A stretch of 64,000 bases of DNA, taken from positions 1,469 through 65,468 of the forward strand of contig DYJT01000010.1 of the NCBI GenBank assembly GCA_020722965.1. Direction: 5' to 3'. The translations under genes and the position numbers were made by a program. The notes beneath the pieces are model-generated. The model saw only the letters and a program-made list of their open reading frames with translations, searched no databases and was not told where the DNA came from. This document shows, in pieces, positions 32,738 through 44,115 of this stretch; position 1 is the first letter of the stretch; every line of letters begins with the position of its first letter. Source of the stretch: Brachyspira murdochii. GTDB lineage: Bacteria; Spirochaetota; JAAYUW01.

Positions 32738-33115
32738 CTATGATTTTTTAGTGTTTTTTGCACCATATTTAGATCTCGAACTTTTTCTGTTTTCAACTCC
32801 CAATGTGTCTAATGTGCCCCTAATAATGTGATATCTAACACCAGGAAGGTCTTTTACTCTTCCACCTCTAATCAATACTACCGAGTGTTCCTGTAAATTA
32901 TGCCCTTCACCGGGGATATATGCTGTAACTTCATAACCATTGGTTAATCTAACTCTTGCTACTTTTCTTAAAGCAGAGTTAGGTTTTTTAGGTGTCATCG
33001 TAAATACTCTAGTACATACACCCTTTCTCTGAGGGCATGATTTTAAGGCAACCGATTTTGACTTATAAGTAATCTTTTCTCTTCCCTTTCTTATTAATTG
33101 ATTAATAGTAGGCAT
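32738..33115 (-). CDS. rpsL: 30S ribosomal protein S12
   Basis: [14 protein letters not shown]... Confidence 0.97.
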   Translation of the reverse strand: MPTINQLIRKGREKITYKSKSVALKSCPQRKGVCTRVFTMTPKKPNSALRKVARVRLTNGYEVTAYIPGEGHNLQEHSVVLIRGGRVKDLPGVRYHIIRGTLDTLGVENRKSSRSKYGAKNTKKS

Positions 33116-33137
33116 TTTTATAAACTCCTTTGCGTAT

Positions 33138-33172
33138 GGAATTAACTAATAACAAATTTTTTTTTGTTGTCA
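33138..33172 (-). promoter_or_regulatory. candidate sigma70-like promoter for the rpsL-rpsG-fusA-tuf (str) unit in the rpoC-rpsL gap
   Basis: minus strand reads cTTGACAacaaaaaaaaatttgttATTAGTTAAT: consensus -35 TTGACA with a weak -10 about 17 nt downstream. Confidence 0.3.
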
Positions 33173-33176
33173 AGTA

Positions 33177-36100
33177 TTAACCAAATCTATTAGATTCCGG
33201 GAAAAAATTCTTAATATTAGATGATTTAAAGATATCATCGATATTGAAGTCAATATCTCCCTTATCTTTATCATAGATTTTGATATTTTTATAATTTTTT
33301 ATTTCAGTTCCTGCTGGAATCCTCTGCCCAATTATAACATTTTCTTTCAAGCCTCTTAAGAAATCTGTCTCTCCCCTTATTGCAGCATTAGTAAGAACCT
33401 TTGTCGTTTCCTGGAAAGATGCAGAAGATAAGAATGATCTACCCAAAGCGGCTTTTTTAATTCCTTCAAGAGCAGGAGAAGCCTTGGCTGGAACTCCACC
33501 TTCTTTTATAACCTTTTCATTTACCTCAAAAAACTCTTCTCTATCAACTATTTGTTTTAATACAAAACTTGTATCGCCAACCTCTTCAATGGTAACTTTT
33601 TTAGTCATCTGCCTAACTATAATGGCTATATGCTTATCGTTAATATTTACACCCTGTTCGCGATAAACTTTTTGTATCTCATTTAACAAATAGGCTGAAA
33701 ATTCAAAAATACCATTTATTGAGAGTACATCATATGGATCAGGTTCACCATCTGTAATCGGATAGCCAGCTTTTATTCTATCCCCTTCTCTCACTTTTAC
33801 ATTCATAAAACCAGGGATTAGATGTTCATAAATTTTCCCAAAATCATCTTCAATAAGAATAACCTTTTTAGTTCTTTTTGATTCGCCAAATTTGACAATT
33901 CCATCTACCTGCGCTAAAACAGCTTTTTTCTTGGGCTTTCTTGCCTCAAAAAGAGAAGTTACTTTTGGTAAACCAGAAACAATATCTTCCTGAGTAGTCT
34001 TTTCCTTTGGAAGTTTAATTATTGCATCACCAATCTTAATGGAATCCCCATCTTTTACAGTAATAATAGATTTTGATTGTAAATGATATGTAATCAAAAT
34101 ATTTTCAGGGTTATCAGGATCGCAAATTAGTAATTTTGGTTGTCTTTTGTCATTTAATAATTGAGAAATTTTAATATAACCACCTTCTATCTGCTTTGCA
34201 TTAACATTTAATATAACATTTTCGAATTTAACTATTCCGTTTTGCTCGGCAATTGTAATATCATTGTGCATGTCTGATAGTAATAAAACCTTATCGGCAG
34301 GGAAAATTTCTTTTTCTTTTCCATAGAAGACAGAACCAGTTCTGGCGTCTATTGAAATTTCATCCCCAGTTAAATAAAGATGATGTCCAACTTTTTTAAT
34401 TATTCCAATATGATTTGATTTAACTACTTTATTGTTTTCATCATAACCTAAAATAGTATCTGCAATTACTTTCTCACCATCTGAAACTTCTATTTTGCTT
34501 GCACAGGCATTGTTGATATCTTTGTAAATTTCCCTTATAATAATTTGACCATCTCTTAAAAAGAGTAATGAATTTTCTTCTTCTTTTTTATAGGTTGATC
34601 CAAAAATCTTTTCAATATAAACCGGATTCTTATATATTTTCTCTGCTTCACTACCGGCACCAGAAGAAGCTATACCACCGATATGGAAAGTTCTCATTGT
34701 AAGCTGAGTTCCTGGTTGTCCAATAGATTGAGCGGCAATAATTCCAACTGCCTCGCCTATATCAACTATATTTCCTGTTGCTAAATTTTGACCATAGCAT
34801 TTTACGCATACGCCATAGCTGGATTCACATGTCAATACAGATCTTATCTTAACTCTTTTTATACCTAACCTTTCGACTAAAAGAGCTTTTTCTTCATTAA
34901 TATATTCATTAACATCCAATATAAGCTCATTAGTTATTGGATGGTATATTTTTTCCTGACAGAATCTGCCAACTATTCTACTGGAGAGTGGAACTTTAAT
35001 TTCTTCATCTTCTTTAATGCTTTCTATATAAATACCATTTATAGTACCACAATCTTCTTCTGTTATTACGACATCCTGTGCAATATCTACAAGTTTTCTC
35101 GTTAAATATCCTGCATCTGCTGTTTTTAATGCAGTATCTGTTAAACCTTTTCTTGCTCCATGTGTACTAATAAAATACTCAAAGACAGAAAGCCCCTCTT
35201 TAAAATTAGATTTAATAGGAATATCGATAATCTTACCGGATGGAGTCGACATGTTACCCCTCATTCCAGCAAGCTGAACTACCTGAGTTATTGAACCTCT
35301 AGCACCAGATTCAACTATCATATTTAATGGGTTAACACCTTTTTTAAATTCTTCTATTGTCTTTTTTAATTTTTCCTGAATTTTAGTCTTGGCTTTATCC
35401 CATAATTTAATTACTTCATTATATCTTTCTTCTTCGGTAATCGTACCTTTTTGCTTAGCTTCCTGGAATTTTTTTACCTTTTCTTCCGTAGATTCTATTA
35501 TTCTATGTTTTTCTTCTGGTATTAATATATCTGATACACTAATTGTAGATCCGAACCTGGTTGCATAATAAAATCCAAGTTCTTTGATCTTGTCCAATGA
35601 ATCACCAGCTGCAAATATTCCCTCTTTTACTATAATCTTTGCGATCAGATTCTTTAGCTTTTTCTCTGACATCGCTTCATTGATAAATCTAATTGATGGT
35701 GGAAGTATATTATTAAATATCACTCTACCAGCTGTCGTTTTAATCCAATTTTCATCGAAATAATATAAAATACTTTCATTGTATTTAATATCATCATGAT
35801 ATAAAGCATATTCTAACTCTTCCAGATTTGTAAAATATTTCAATTTTTCTCTTTTAATTCTTTCATCTTCTTTTGTTAAATAAAAGATGCCAAGAACCAT
35901 ATCTTTAGTCGGCCATGAAATAGGTGTTCCATTTGCAGGATCAAGAAGATTTTTTGCTGAAAGCATTAGTATCCAGCATTCAATCTGAGCCTCAACCGAA
36001 AGAGGAATATGTATCGCCATCTGATCACCATCAAAATCAGCGTTATAGGCATGGCATACTAAGGGAGGTAATTGAATTGCCGATCCTTCAATTAATTTTG

Positions 36101-37388
36101 GTTCAAATGCCTGGAAACCTAATCTATGTAATGTAGGAGCTCTGTTCAATAATATAGGATGTTTATCTACTATTGATTCAAGAACATCCCATACTTCCTT
36201 TTCTCCATGTTCAATGACATCTTTAGCTTTTTTTATGGTATAATTGTAATGGCTTTTAAGTTTTGCTATGACAAATGGTTTAAATAACTCTAATGCAATC
36301 TTTCTTGGAACACCTGCTTGATATATTTTCAAAGTAGGTCCAACTACTATAACAGAACGTCCAGAATAATCTACTCTTTTACCTAAAAGATTCTGTCTGA
36401 ATCTTCCTTGTTTCCCTTTTAAGATTTCTGAAATAGATTTTAATGGTCTATTTGAAGGTCCCTTTACCGCTCTTTTCCTTTTTGAATTATCGAATAAACA
36501 ATCTACTGCATCCTGAAGAAGTCTTTTTTCATTTTTTACAATAATATCAGGTGCCTTCATCCTCTGGAGTTTTCTTAGTCTGTTATTTCTGTGTATCATT
36601 CTCCTGTAAAGATCATTTAAATCTGATGTTGCGAATCTTCCACCATCGAGTTGAACCATTGGTCTTAAATCGGGTGGGATTACCGGGACGACATCTAATA
36701 TCATCCATTCTGGTCTATTACCAGATTTCTTGAAATCTTCCAGTAAAGCAAGTCTTGATAGAAGTTTTTTATCTGCTTTTTTATCTTTTTCTATCATCAT
36801 CCTTCTGAGAATTTGAACTTCATAGTCTATGTCAATCTCAGAGAGTAATTCTTTGATGGCCTCTGCGCCCATTTGAGCTTTAAATGAAGAACCATATTTT
36901 GTCACGGCTTCTTCGTATTCTTTTTCAGTTAGTATCTCTTTTTCTTTTAAATCTGTGTCACCTGGATCTATAACAATATATTTTTCATGGAAAAGAACAG
37001 AGTCTAAATCTTTATTTTTTACATCCAGCGCAAGAGCAATTTTTGAAGGTGTGGTTTTGTAATACCATATATGTGCGACTGGAGAAGCCAGCACTATATG
37101 ACCGCATCTATACCTTCTAACCTTTGAGTCAGTTACCTGAACACCACATCTATCGCATACTACACCTTCATATTTCCTGGTTTTAAATTTACCACAGGAA
37201 CATTCATAGTCTCTTGTCGTTCCAAAAATTTTCTCGCAAAAAAGACCGTCTTTTTCTGGTTTTAATGTTCTGTAATTTATGGTCTCGGGTTTTTTAACTT
37301 CACCATAAGATTGATCTATTATAACATCTGAAGAAGCAAGTTTTAATTGCATCTTAGAAATCATTTTAACATTATCAAAAATACTCAT
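33177..37388 (-). CDS. rpoC: DNA-directed RNA polymerase subunit beta'
   Basis: 1403 aa; NADFDGDQMA catalytic motif, zinc-binding CSCGKFK...CDRCGV N-terminus. Confidence 0.97.
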   Translation of the reverse strand: MSIFDNVKMISKMQLKLASSDVIIDQSYGEVKKPETINYRTLKPEKDGLFCEKIFGTTRDYECSCGKFKTRKYEGVVCDRCGVQVTDSKVRRYRCGHIVLASPVAHIWYYKTTPSKIALALDVKNKDLDSVLFHEKYIVIDPGDTDLKEKEILTEKEYEEAVTKYGSSFKAQMGAEAIKELLSEIDIDYEVQILRRMMIEKDKKADKKLLSRLALLEDFKKSGNRPEWMILDVVPVIPPDLRPMVQLDGGRFATSDLNDLYRRMIHRNNRLRKLQRMKAPDIIVKNEKRLLQDAVDCLFDNSKRKRAVKGPSNRPLKSISEILKGKQGRFRQNLLGKRVDYSGRSVIVVGPTLKIYQAGVPRKIALELFKPFVIAKLKSHYNYTIKKAKDVIEHGEKEVWDVLESIVDKHPILLNRAPTLHRLGFQAFEPKLIEGSAIQLPPLVCHAYNADFDGDQMAIHIPLSVEAQIECWILMLSAKNLLDPANGTPISWPTKDMVLGIFYLTKEDERIKREKLKYFTNLEELEYALYHDDIKYNESILYYFDENWIKTTAGRVIFNNILPPSIRFINEAMSEKKLKNLIAKIIVKEGIFAAGDSLDKIKELGFYYATRFGSTISVSDILIPEEKHRIIESTEEKVKKFQEAKQKGTITEEERYNEVIKLWDKAKTKIQEKLKKTIEEFKKGVNPLNMIVESGARGSITQVVQLAGMRGNMSTPSGKIIDIPIKSNFKEGLSVFEYFISTHGARKGLTDTALKTADAGYLTRKLVDIAQDVVITEEDCGTINGIYIESIKEDEEIKVPLSSRIVGRFCQEKIYHPITNELILDVNEYINEEKALLVERLGIKRVKIRSVLTCESSYGVCVKCYGQNLATGNIVDIGEAVGIIAAQSIGQPGTQLTMRTFHIGGIASSGAGSEAEKIYKNPVYIEKIFGSTYKKEEENSLLFLRDGQIIIREIYKDINNACASKIEVSDGEKVIADTILGYDENNKVVKSNHIGIIKKVGHHLYLTGDEISIDARTGSVFYGKEKEIFPADKVLLLSDMHNDITIAEQNGIVKFENVILNVNAKQIEGGYIKISQLLNDKRQPKLLICDPDNPENILITYHLQSKSIITVKDGDSIKIGDAIIKLPKEKTTQEDIVSGLPKVTSLFEARKPKKKAVLAQVDGIVKFGESKRTKKVILIEDDFGKIYEHLIPGFMNVKVREGDRIKAGYPITDGEPDPYDVLSINGIFEFSAYLLNEIQKVYREQGVNINDKHIAIIVRQMTKKVTIEEVGDTSFVLKQIVDREEFFEVNEKVIKEGGVPAKASPALEGIKKAALGRSFLSSASFQETTKVLTNAAIRGETDFLRGLKENVIIGQRIPAGTEIKNYKNIKIYDKDKGDIDFNIDDIFKSSNIKNFFPESNRFG

Positions 37389-37421
37389 ATTCTCCCTCTT
37401 TCAAAACATTTGGAAAACTAG

Positions 37422-40400
37422 CTAGAAAATCTGCTTAGACTTATAAACATTCTTCTCTTGTTCTTTTTCTGTTAAAGAGATTTCTCTTTCATTTTCATCG
37501 TAAAGTAAAACATGCAAACACATTCCCCTTAATTCCTGTATAAGGACATTAAATGCTTCAGGAATACCAGCCGGAGGTATGGGTTCTCCTTTTACGATAG
37601 CATGATACATATTATTTCTTCCTGTTCTATCATCAGATTTTTGAGTTAAAAACTCATGTAGTGTTGCTGCTGCACCATAAGCCTCTAAAGCCCAAACTTC
37701 CATTTCTCCAAGTCTTTGACCACCGAATTGAGCTTTTCCTCCTAATGGTTGCTGTGTAACTAAAGAATAATTTCCAGTTGAACGTGCATGAACCTTATCC
37801 TCAACCATGTGATTCAATTTCAATATATAAATATTACCGACTAAAACATCGTTAATAAATTTTTCACCGGTTTTACCATCATACAAAGGGCTTTTTGATG
37901 TAGAAGGTAGTTCAAGATCTTCTAACATCTTTTGAATCTCTTCGTATTTTGGTGACTCAAATACAGGCACGGCTACTTTTTTGTTTGTTTTTTCACAAAC
38001 CCACCCTAATGAAGTTTCAAATATCTGCCCTAAGTTCATTCTACTTGGGACTCCCAATGGATTTAACACGATGTCAACAGGAGTACCATCTGGTAAATAA
38101 GGCATATCTTCTTCTGGAAGAATAATGGAAATAACACCCTTATTACCATGTCTTCCCGATAATTTATCTCCAACTTGAATTTTCCTTTTGGTGGCAATAT
38201 AAACTTTAATTACCTCTTCAACACCATTATCAAGGTCATCAACCTCATCTTTAGTTAATCTAATTATTTCTGTTACATATCCTTCAACACCATGTGGTAC
38301 CCTTAAAGATGTGTCTCTAACCTCTGATGCCTTTTCACCAAATATTGATTTAAACAATTTGTATTCTGGAAAAAGTTCTTCATGCCCCTTTGGTGTAACC
38401 TTACCGACTAAAATACTATTTGAGGTAACATAAGAACCAACTTTTATTACTCCTTTTTCATCTAAATCCTTTAAATCTCTTTCACTACAATTTGGAATAT
38501 CTCTAGTTATTTTTTCAGGACCTAATTTGGTATCTCTGACTTCTATCTGGAATTCTTTTATGTGAAGAGAAGTTAAAAGATCTTCTTTGACTACTCTTTC
38601 AGAAATAACTATAGCATCTTCAAAGTTAAAACCATACCATGGAATAAATGCTACTTTTAAGTTAACCCCAAGAGCCAACTCTCCATCGGCGGCGGAAGGA
38701 CCATCGGTAAGTGGTTGACCCTCCTTTACTTTCTGACCTAATTTAACTATAGGCCTTTGATTATAAACAGTGTCCTGGTTAGTTCTGAAATATTTTACTA
38801 ATTTATATCTATCAAGATCACTTTCATTTAATTTATGTTCAGGTTCGATTACTATATTAGAATTGGATATTTCTACTATTTTACCACTTCTTTTTGCATA
38901 ATGTATAATCCCTGTATCTTTTACCACCCTTTGTTCTATCCCTGTACCAACATTAGGTGATTGAGGATAAAGCAAAGGAATTGCCTGCCTTTGCATGTTT
39001 GAACCCATTAAGGCTCGGTTAGCATCATTATGTTCAAGAAAAGGGATCAAAGCTGTGGAAATCGAGATTAATTGTCTTGGAGATAAATCGATATAATCTA
39101 TTTTTGTCTTATGAACACTAATATATTCGCCATTATGCCTTGTATCAACAAATTCATTGATAAAATTACCATTTTCATCTCTTTCTTCCGTAGACTGGGC
39201 GATATAAAATCTTTCTTCTTCAATAGCAGTAAGGAATTCAACTTTATTGGTAACCTTACCATCTTCGACTTTTAAGTAAGGGGTTTCAAGATACCCAAAG
39301 TCATTTGGTTTACTAAATGTGGTTAATGATAATATCAATCCTATGTTTTGCCCTTCAGGGGTTTCTATTGGGCATAGTCTACCATAATGCGATGTATGAA
39401 CATCTCTTACTTTTGAGCCAGCCCTATCTCTTGACAATCCCCCTTTACCAAGAGCATTTATCCTTCTTTTATGAGTTAATTCTGTCAATGGATTTGTTTG
39501 ATCCATAAATTGGGATAATTGAGATGTACCAAAAAACTCGTTCAAAACTGAGGTAATAGGCTTATTATTAATCAATTCGGTAGGATTTGCTGTTTCCTGA
39601 TCGATAGTATTCATCTTTTCTATAGCAATCCTTTGCATTCTGGCAAATCCTTTTTTTAACTCATTGTAAATAAGCTCGCCAACAGCTCTGATTCTTCTAT
39701 TTGAAAGATGATCTTCATCATCTACATTATATGTACCTTCGGCTATTTTTGTAAGATATATAATTGTATTGATAATATCATCTATTCGAAGATTCATCTC
39801 TGTAATATCATCTTTATAGGCAAATTTTCTATTTAACTTAAATCTACCAACTTTACCAAGGAAATACCTATGAGGATTGAAAAACATCTCCTTAATCTCA
39901 ATTTCTGCTGTTTCAATCAAAGCTGGTTCGCCAGGTCTTAGAATATTGAAGACTTTATTAATTGCCTCTTCTTTTGTAGGTTCTGACTTTAATGGATTGT
40001 TTGGATCTTTTTCAAATACTTCTTTTTGAATAGTATTTAAAATAATTTGCGAAGAAACCTTTTTTGAATTGAAAAGATTTACAACTTTTAATTCCTGTAT
40101 CTTATTTTCTATCATCTTTTCAATATCAAGTTCATGAATTTCCTGTCCCGCTGTGATTATTTTTTCAGGTCCAAAATCTGTTTCTATAATCAATGTTTGG
40201 GCAGATATTCTTCCTGTTAAGTCATAAGTAACGGGAAGTATATCTGTTTCATAAAAAGCTTCAATAATCTTTTCGTTTGTTTCAAGTCCCACAACCCTTA
40301 AAAATGTTGTAGCGGGTATTTTCCTTTTTTTATCTATTCTAACAGATAAAATTTCTTTTTTTTCATCTAATATAAATTCTAACCATGCCCCTTTGTCAGG

Positions 40401-40919
40401 TGAAAGTCTCGCCTGGTATTCATTGTTTCTATCATCATATTTAAACATAACACCAGGGGATCTATGAATCTGAGAAACAACGACTCTTTCAGCACCATTG
40501 ATAATGAAAGTTCCGACATCAGTCAATAATGGAAAGTCACCAAAATAAATCTCTTTGGTTCTAACTTCACCGGAATCTTTAAATAATAAGTTCACTATAA
40601 TTTTAATGGGAATCGAATAGGTTTTACTTTTAATTCTTGCCTCATCAACGGTGTATTTTGGCTGGCCAAAATGATATTCCACATATTCCAGAACAATATT
40701 GTTGTTTTTAGATTCAATCGGAAAATGATTTTTAAATAAATCTTCTAAACCCTGTGTTTCTATAGGTAATTTATTTAATTTCTTTTGAAGCTGTAAAAAC
40801 CATTCATAAGATAATTTTTGAATTTCCAAAAAATTTGGAAATTCAATTAATTCATCATGGTTACTATTGACATAAAATCTATTAGGATTGTTTTTAATTG
40901 GTGAAAATTTCACCTTCAT
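37422..40919 (-). CDS. rpoB: DNA-directed RNA polymerase subunit beta
   Basis: 1165 aa; canonical beta-subunit conserved blocks. Confidence 0.97.
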   Translation of the reverse strand: MKVKFSPIKNNPNRFYVNSNHDELIEFPNFLEIQKLSYEWFLQLQKKLNKLPIETQGLEDLFKNHFPIESKNNNIVLEYVEYHFGQPKYTVDEARIKSKTYSIPIKIIVNLLFKDSGEVRTKEIYFGDFPLLTDVGTFIINGAERVVVSQIHRSPGVMFKYDDRNNEYQARLSPDKGAWLEFILDEKKEILSVRIDKKRKIPATTFLRVVGLETNEKIIEAFYETDILPVTYDLTGRISAQTLIIETDFGPEKIITAGQEIHELDIEKMIENKIQELKVVNLFNSKKVSSQIILNTIQKEVFEKDPNNPLKSEPTKEEAINKVFNILRPGEPALIETAEIEIKEMFFNPHRYFLGKVGRFKLNRKFAYKDDITEMNLRIDDIINTIIYLTKIAEGTYNVDDEDHLSNRRIRAVGELIYNELKKGFARMQRIAIEKMNTIDQETANPTELINNKPITSVLNEFFGTSQLSQFMDQTNPLTELTHKRRINALGKGGLSRDRAGSKVRDVHTSHYGRLCPIETPEGQNIGLILSLTTFSKPNDFGYLETPYLKVEDGKVTNKVEFLTAIEEERFYIAQSTEERDENGNFINEFVDTRHNGEYISVHKTKIDYIDLSPRQLISISTALIPFLEHNDANRALMGSNMQRQAIPLLYPQSPNVGTGIEQRVVKDTGIIHYAKRSGKIVEISNSNIVIEPEHKLNESDLDRYKLVKYFRTNQDTVYNQRPIVKLGQKVKEGQPLTDGPSAADGELALGVNLKVAFIPWYGFNFEDAIVISERVVKEDLLTSLHIKEFQIEVRDTKLGPEKITRDIPNCSERDLKDLDEKGVIKVGSYVTSNSILVGKVTPKGHEELFPEYKLFKSIFGEKASEVRDTSLRVPHGVEGYVTEIIRLTKDEVDDLDNGVEEVIKVYIATKRKIQVGDKLSGRHGNKGVISIILPEEDMPYLPDGTPVDIVLNPLGVPSRMNLGQIFETSLGWVCEKTNKKVAVPVFESPKYEEIQKMLEDLELPSTSKSPLYDGKTGEKFINDVLVGNIYILKLNHMVEDKVHARSTGNYSLVTQQPLGGKAQFGGQRLGEMEVWALEAYGAAATLHEFLTQKSDDRTGRNNMYHAIVKGEPIPPAGIPEAFNVLIQELRGMCLHVLLYDENEREISLTEKEQEKNVYKSKQIF

Positions 40920-40989
40920 GAATCTCTCCTGAATATTTAAGATTAAGTATTATAAAACATAAAACAGAGAAAAAATAAAAAAAAGAGAA

Positions 40990-41032
40990 AAATTATAAAG
41001 TACGAAGGAGGTAAAACTACCCCCTTCATAAG
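40990..41032 (-). terminator. intrinsic terminator/attenuator between rplL and rpoB
   Basis: minus-strand RNA GAAGGGGG-UAGUUUUA-CCUCCUUC (8-bp stem with one G-U; stem is imperfect on the plus strand) followed by a T-rich tract. Confidence 0.5.
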
Positions 41033-41071
41033 AAAAAATAATTTGTAATCGAATCTGCCACTTTTGGGGCA

Positions 41072-41458
41072 TTATTTTAACTCTACTTGAGCACCTGCTT
41101 CTTCTAATTTTTTCTTTATTGCATTTGCATCATCTTTTGGAACAGCTGTTTTAATGGGTTTTGAAGAATCTTCAACGGCATCTTTTGCTTCTTTTAAGCC
41201 TAAAGAGGTTATTTCTCTAACTCTTTTAATGACCTCAATTTTTTGTGAACCAGGATTTTTAATATAGATATCAAATTCAGATTTTTCTTCCTTTTCTGAG
41301 CTTTCTGCAGCTGCTGCAGCTGCTGGAGCAGCCATCATCATCGGTGCAGATGCACTAACACCAAAAGTTTCTTCAAGAGCTTTAACTAAATCGTTAAGCT
41401 CCATTACTGTCATCCCTTTAACAGCTTCAATAATCTGTTCTTTTGTAAGATTTGCCAT
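41072..41458 (-). CDS. rplL: 50S ribosomal protein L7/L12
   Basis: 128 aa; Ala-rich hinge AAPAAAAAA. Confidence 0.95.
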   Translation of the reverse strand: MANLTKEQIIEAVKGMTVMELNDLVKALEETFGVSASAPMMMAAPAAAAAAESSEKEEKSEFDIYIKNPGSQKIEVIKRVREITSLGLKEAKDAVEDSSKPIKTAVPKDDANAIKKKLEEAGAQVELK

Positions 41459-41488
41459 ATTTTCTCCCTTTTTTAATAAATTATTTTC

Positions 41489-42016
41489 TTATCTATTTTG
41501 TGCTATCTGATTTATTACTCTAGGCAATCGAGTAACAATTTCATTTAATGCACGAGTAAATCTGGTATATGGACTTGCGAGAACATTTGCAAGCATACCG
41601 TATAGTTCGACTTTTGAAGGCATATCAGCAAGCTTTTCGGCATATGCAGCCGATAAAAAGCTATTGTCAAAAATAGCGCCTTTAATTGAAACAACTTTAG
41701 TCTTTTGAAGGTTTCTGATCTCTTTTACAATATTGCTAATATCATCGTTAGCATATACTATAAAAGTGTTGAGCTTGAACATTTCTGGTGGAATTTCAAA
41801 TTCAACTGCTTCTTTTACAGCAAGCATTGCAATATTTGTTTTAATGACTTTGATAAAACCCTTTTTCTCTTTAACCTTGTTTCGAAGCTCTTCAAATTGC
41901 TTTACTGTAATTTTAGAAAAATTGCAGAAAAGAACAAAACTATTTTCCTGAAAAATACTTTTGATTTCATTAAAATAATTAATCTTTTCTGGTTTGATCT
42001 CTCGTTTTTTTTCCAT
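41489..42016 (-). CDS. rplJ: 50S ribosomal protein L10
   Basis: 175 aa; position upstream of rplL; 134-nt leader upstream (42017-42150). Confidence 0.9.
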   Translation of the reverse strand: MEKKREIKPEKINYFNEIKSIFQENSFVLFCNFSKITVKQFEELRNKVKEKKGFIKVIKTNIAMLAVKEAVEFEIPPEMFKLNTFIVYANDDISNIVKEIRNLQKTKVVSIKGAIFDNSFLSAAYAEKLADMPSKVELYGMLANVLASPYTRFTRALNEIVTRLPRVINQIAQNR

Positions 42017-42150
42017 ATAAGTTCCTTATAGGCTTGGTAGATAGAATAAGGTAATTTATAATTAACTTTGCGTAATAGCTCACAAACTCAAATCTCTAAC
42101 AAATCTATTAACTATTTTCTAATTATTACTTAAAAGTATCTTTGAAAAAG

Positions 42151-42831
42151 TTAAGATAGACTTGCTGAATCTAATCTAACAGATGGTGACATCGTAGAAG
42201 AAACATATATTGATAATATATAGTTACCTTTTAAATCAGATGGTCTTTTCTTTAATATATCCTGATAAAGAGCCATGAAATTATCATGAATCTGATCTTC
42301 GGTCATAGATTTTTTACCAAAAATTGCATGAACAACACCTGCTTTATCAGTTCGATATTCCAATTTCCCTTGTTTAACTTCTTTAACTGCTTGAGCCAAG
42401 TTATCTGTTACAGTACCAGTCTTGGGGTTTGGCATTAAACCTTTAGGACCGAGTATCTTTGCTATTTTGCCTATTTCTTTCATCATGTCTGTGGTAGCTA
42501 TACAGGAATCAAATTCCATCCATCCATTTTTTATTTTTTCAATATATTCATCACTTCCAGCATAATCTGCTCCTGCTGAAAGAGCTTCGTCTACTTTTTG
42601 GCCTTTGGCAAAAACCAGAATCTTTTTAGTTTTACCAAATGGATTAGGTAATAAAATTGTAGAACGAATGGAGTGTTTTTTTTCTAACTTTAAGTTAATT
42701 GCAACTTCAAACGTCTCATCAAATTTAGCAAATGTAACTTTCTTAATTAATGCGATTGCATCTTTTATATTATATTGTTTAGGTTCAATACTCTCTTTAG
42801 CCTTATTATATAATTTACCATGAACTGTCAT
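42151..42831 (-). CDS. rplA: 50S ribosomal protein L1
   Basis: 226 aa canonical L1. Confidence 0.95.
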   Translation of the reverse strand: MTVHGKLYNKAKESIEPKQYNIKDAIALIKKVTFAKFDETFEVAINLKLEKKHSIRSTILLPNPFGKTKKILVFAKGQKVDEALSAGADYAGSDEYIEKIKNGWMEFDSCIATTDMMKEIGKIAKILGPKGLMPNPKTGTVTDNLAQAVKEVKQGKLEYRTDKAGVVHAIFGKKSMTEDQIHDNFMALYQDILKKRPSDLKGNYILSIYVSSTMSPSVRLDSASLS

Positions 42832-42849
42832 TATTAGTACTCCTTGATA

Positions 42850-43275
42850 TTAATCTATAACTTCAATACCCATAGATTTGCATGTGCCTTCAACGATTCT
42901 TGATGCCATCTCAATATCTTTTGTATTTAAATCTGGCAATTTTTTTGTAGCTATTTCTTTAATCTGTTTTTTGGTTATTTTCCCTACTTTTGTCTTATTT
43001 GGAGTAGCAGAACCTTTCTCAAGATTAATGGCTTTTTTAACCATAAAAGAAACTGGGGCAACTTTTAAAACAATATCGAAAGTTCTATCTTTATAAATGG
43101 TTACGATGGTAGGTATCAATTCACCTTTTCTATTAGATGTTTTTGAATTAAAAGCCTGAACAAACTGACCAAGATTAATTCCTGTAGGACCCAATGCTGT
43201 ACCAATTGGTGGAGCTGGTTTTGCTTCGCCACCTATAATTTGAAGTTTAACTATCTGTTTAATCTCTTTAGCCAT
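42850..43275 (-). CDS. rplK: 50S ribosomal protein L11
   Basis: MAKEIKQIVKLQIIGGEAKPAPPIG. Confidence 0.95.
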   Translation of the reverse strand: MAKEIKQIVKLQIIGGEAKPAPPIGTALGPTGINLGQFVQAFNSKTSNRKGELIPTIVTIYKDRTFDIVLKVAPVSFMVKKAINLEKGSATPNKTKVGKITKKQIKEIATKKLPDLNTKDIEMASRIVEGTCKSMGIEVID

Positions 43276-43299
43276 ATAAAATCCTTTTAAATAAAATTT

Positions 43300-43866
43300 T
43301 TATTTTTTTTCTACCTGATCAATATTTAATTCTACGGGAGTTGGTCTATCAAAAATTTTAACCTCAACAATTATTTTTGTTTTATCCTTGTTTATCTCTT
43401 TAATAACTCCGGAACAACCTTTAAATCCCCCACTTATAATATTAACTTCTTCCTCAATTTCAAATAGAGATTTTGTCTGCTCAATCTCTGTTTCTTTTAT
43501 TTGTCCAATATTTATTAGATAAGACCTGACTTCGGATTTAGTAAGAGGATTTGGCTTGTCAGTCCTTTTCGTTCCTAAAAAGCATGAAACAGATGAGATG
43601 TTTAATATTTCTTTAACAATTTTTTTCCAATAATTTTCATCTTCTGGATTATCCGAAAAGTCTATTTCAATAAATACATAGCCGGGATACAGACGAGATT
43701 TAAATTCTCTTTTTTTCCCCTTTATTTTTTTTTCAACTTTAGATTCAGGAACAATAGGATTAAAAACATATTTTTCTAAAAAGTTATTTTTTATAATTTT
43801 ATTTAAATAATCAACTACTTGATACTCAGTTCCACTTGTAACTTTCAAAATATAATAATTTTTCAT
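43300..43866 (-). CDS. nusG: transcription termination/antitermination factor NusG
   Basis: NGN + KOW domains; start set to ATG forming ATGA overlap with secE stop. Confidence 0.9.
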   Translation of the reverse strand: MKNYYILKVTSGTEYQVVDYLNKIIKNNFLEKYVFNPIVPESKVEKKIKGKKREFKSRLYPGYVFIEIDFSDNPEDENYWKKIVKEILNISSVSCFLGTKRTDKPNPLTKSEVRSYLINIGQIKETEIEQTKSLFEIEEEVNIISGGFKGCSGVIKEINKDKTKIIVEVKIFDRPTPVELNIDQVEKK

Positions 43867-44069
43867 AAACCAAAAATCCACTGAATAAATTTACCAATTC
43901 CGAGATCAACCAAAAGGAAAAAAATGGAAAAAAAGGCTATTATAACTAAAATACCAATAAGATGAGCAGGGACCGATTTTGTTACTATATTCCAATCTAT
44001 TTTTTTTAATTCTTTATAAGAAGAACTGACAAAAGAAGTAAATTTCTTAAATATGTTTTGTTTAGCCAT
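43863..44069 (-). CDS. secE: preprotein translocase subunit SecE
   Basis: 68 aa single-TM protein immediately upstream of nusG. Confidence 0.85.
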   Translation of the reverse strand: MAKQNIFKKFTSFVSSSYKELKKIDWNIVTKSVPAHLIGILVIIAFFSIFFLLVDLGIGKFIQWIFGL

Positions 44070-44115
44070 CCTGCCTCCAATTAAGTATACTTGCGAATAA
44101 ATAGAATATAGGGAA

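Noticed and set aside
33116-33176. A-tract/T-tract 'palindrome' acaaa-T9-gttgt near the candidate str promoter as a terminator hairpin
   Set aside because: Arms are not actually complementary (ACAAA vs GTTGT); it is just a homopolymer tract, so only the -35/-10 promoter interpretation was retained, at low confidence.
43867-43881. NusG start at MDFWFM
   Set aside because: The downstream ATG (MKNYYILKV) forms the classic ATGA overlap with secE stop and gives the standard NGN-domain start; the upstream start remains possible but is less likely.
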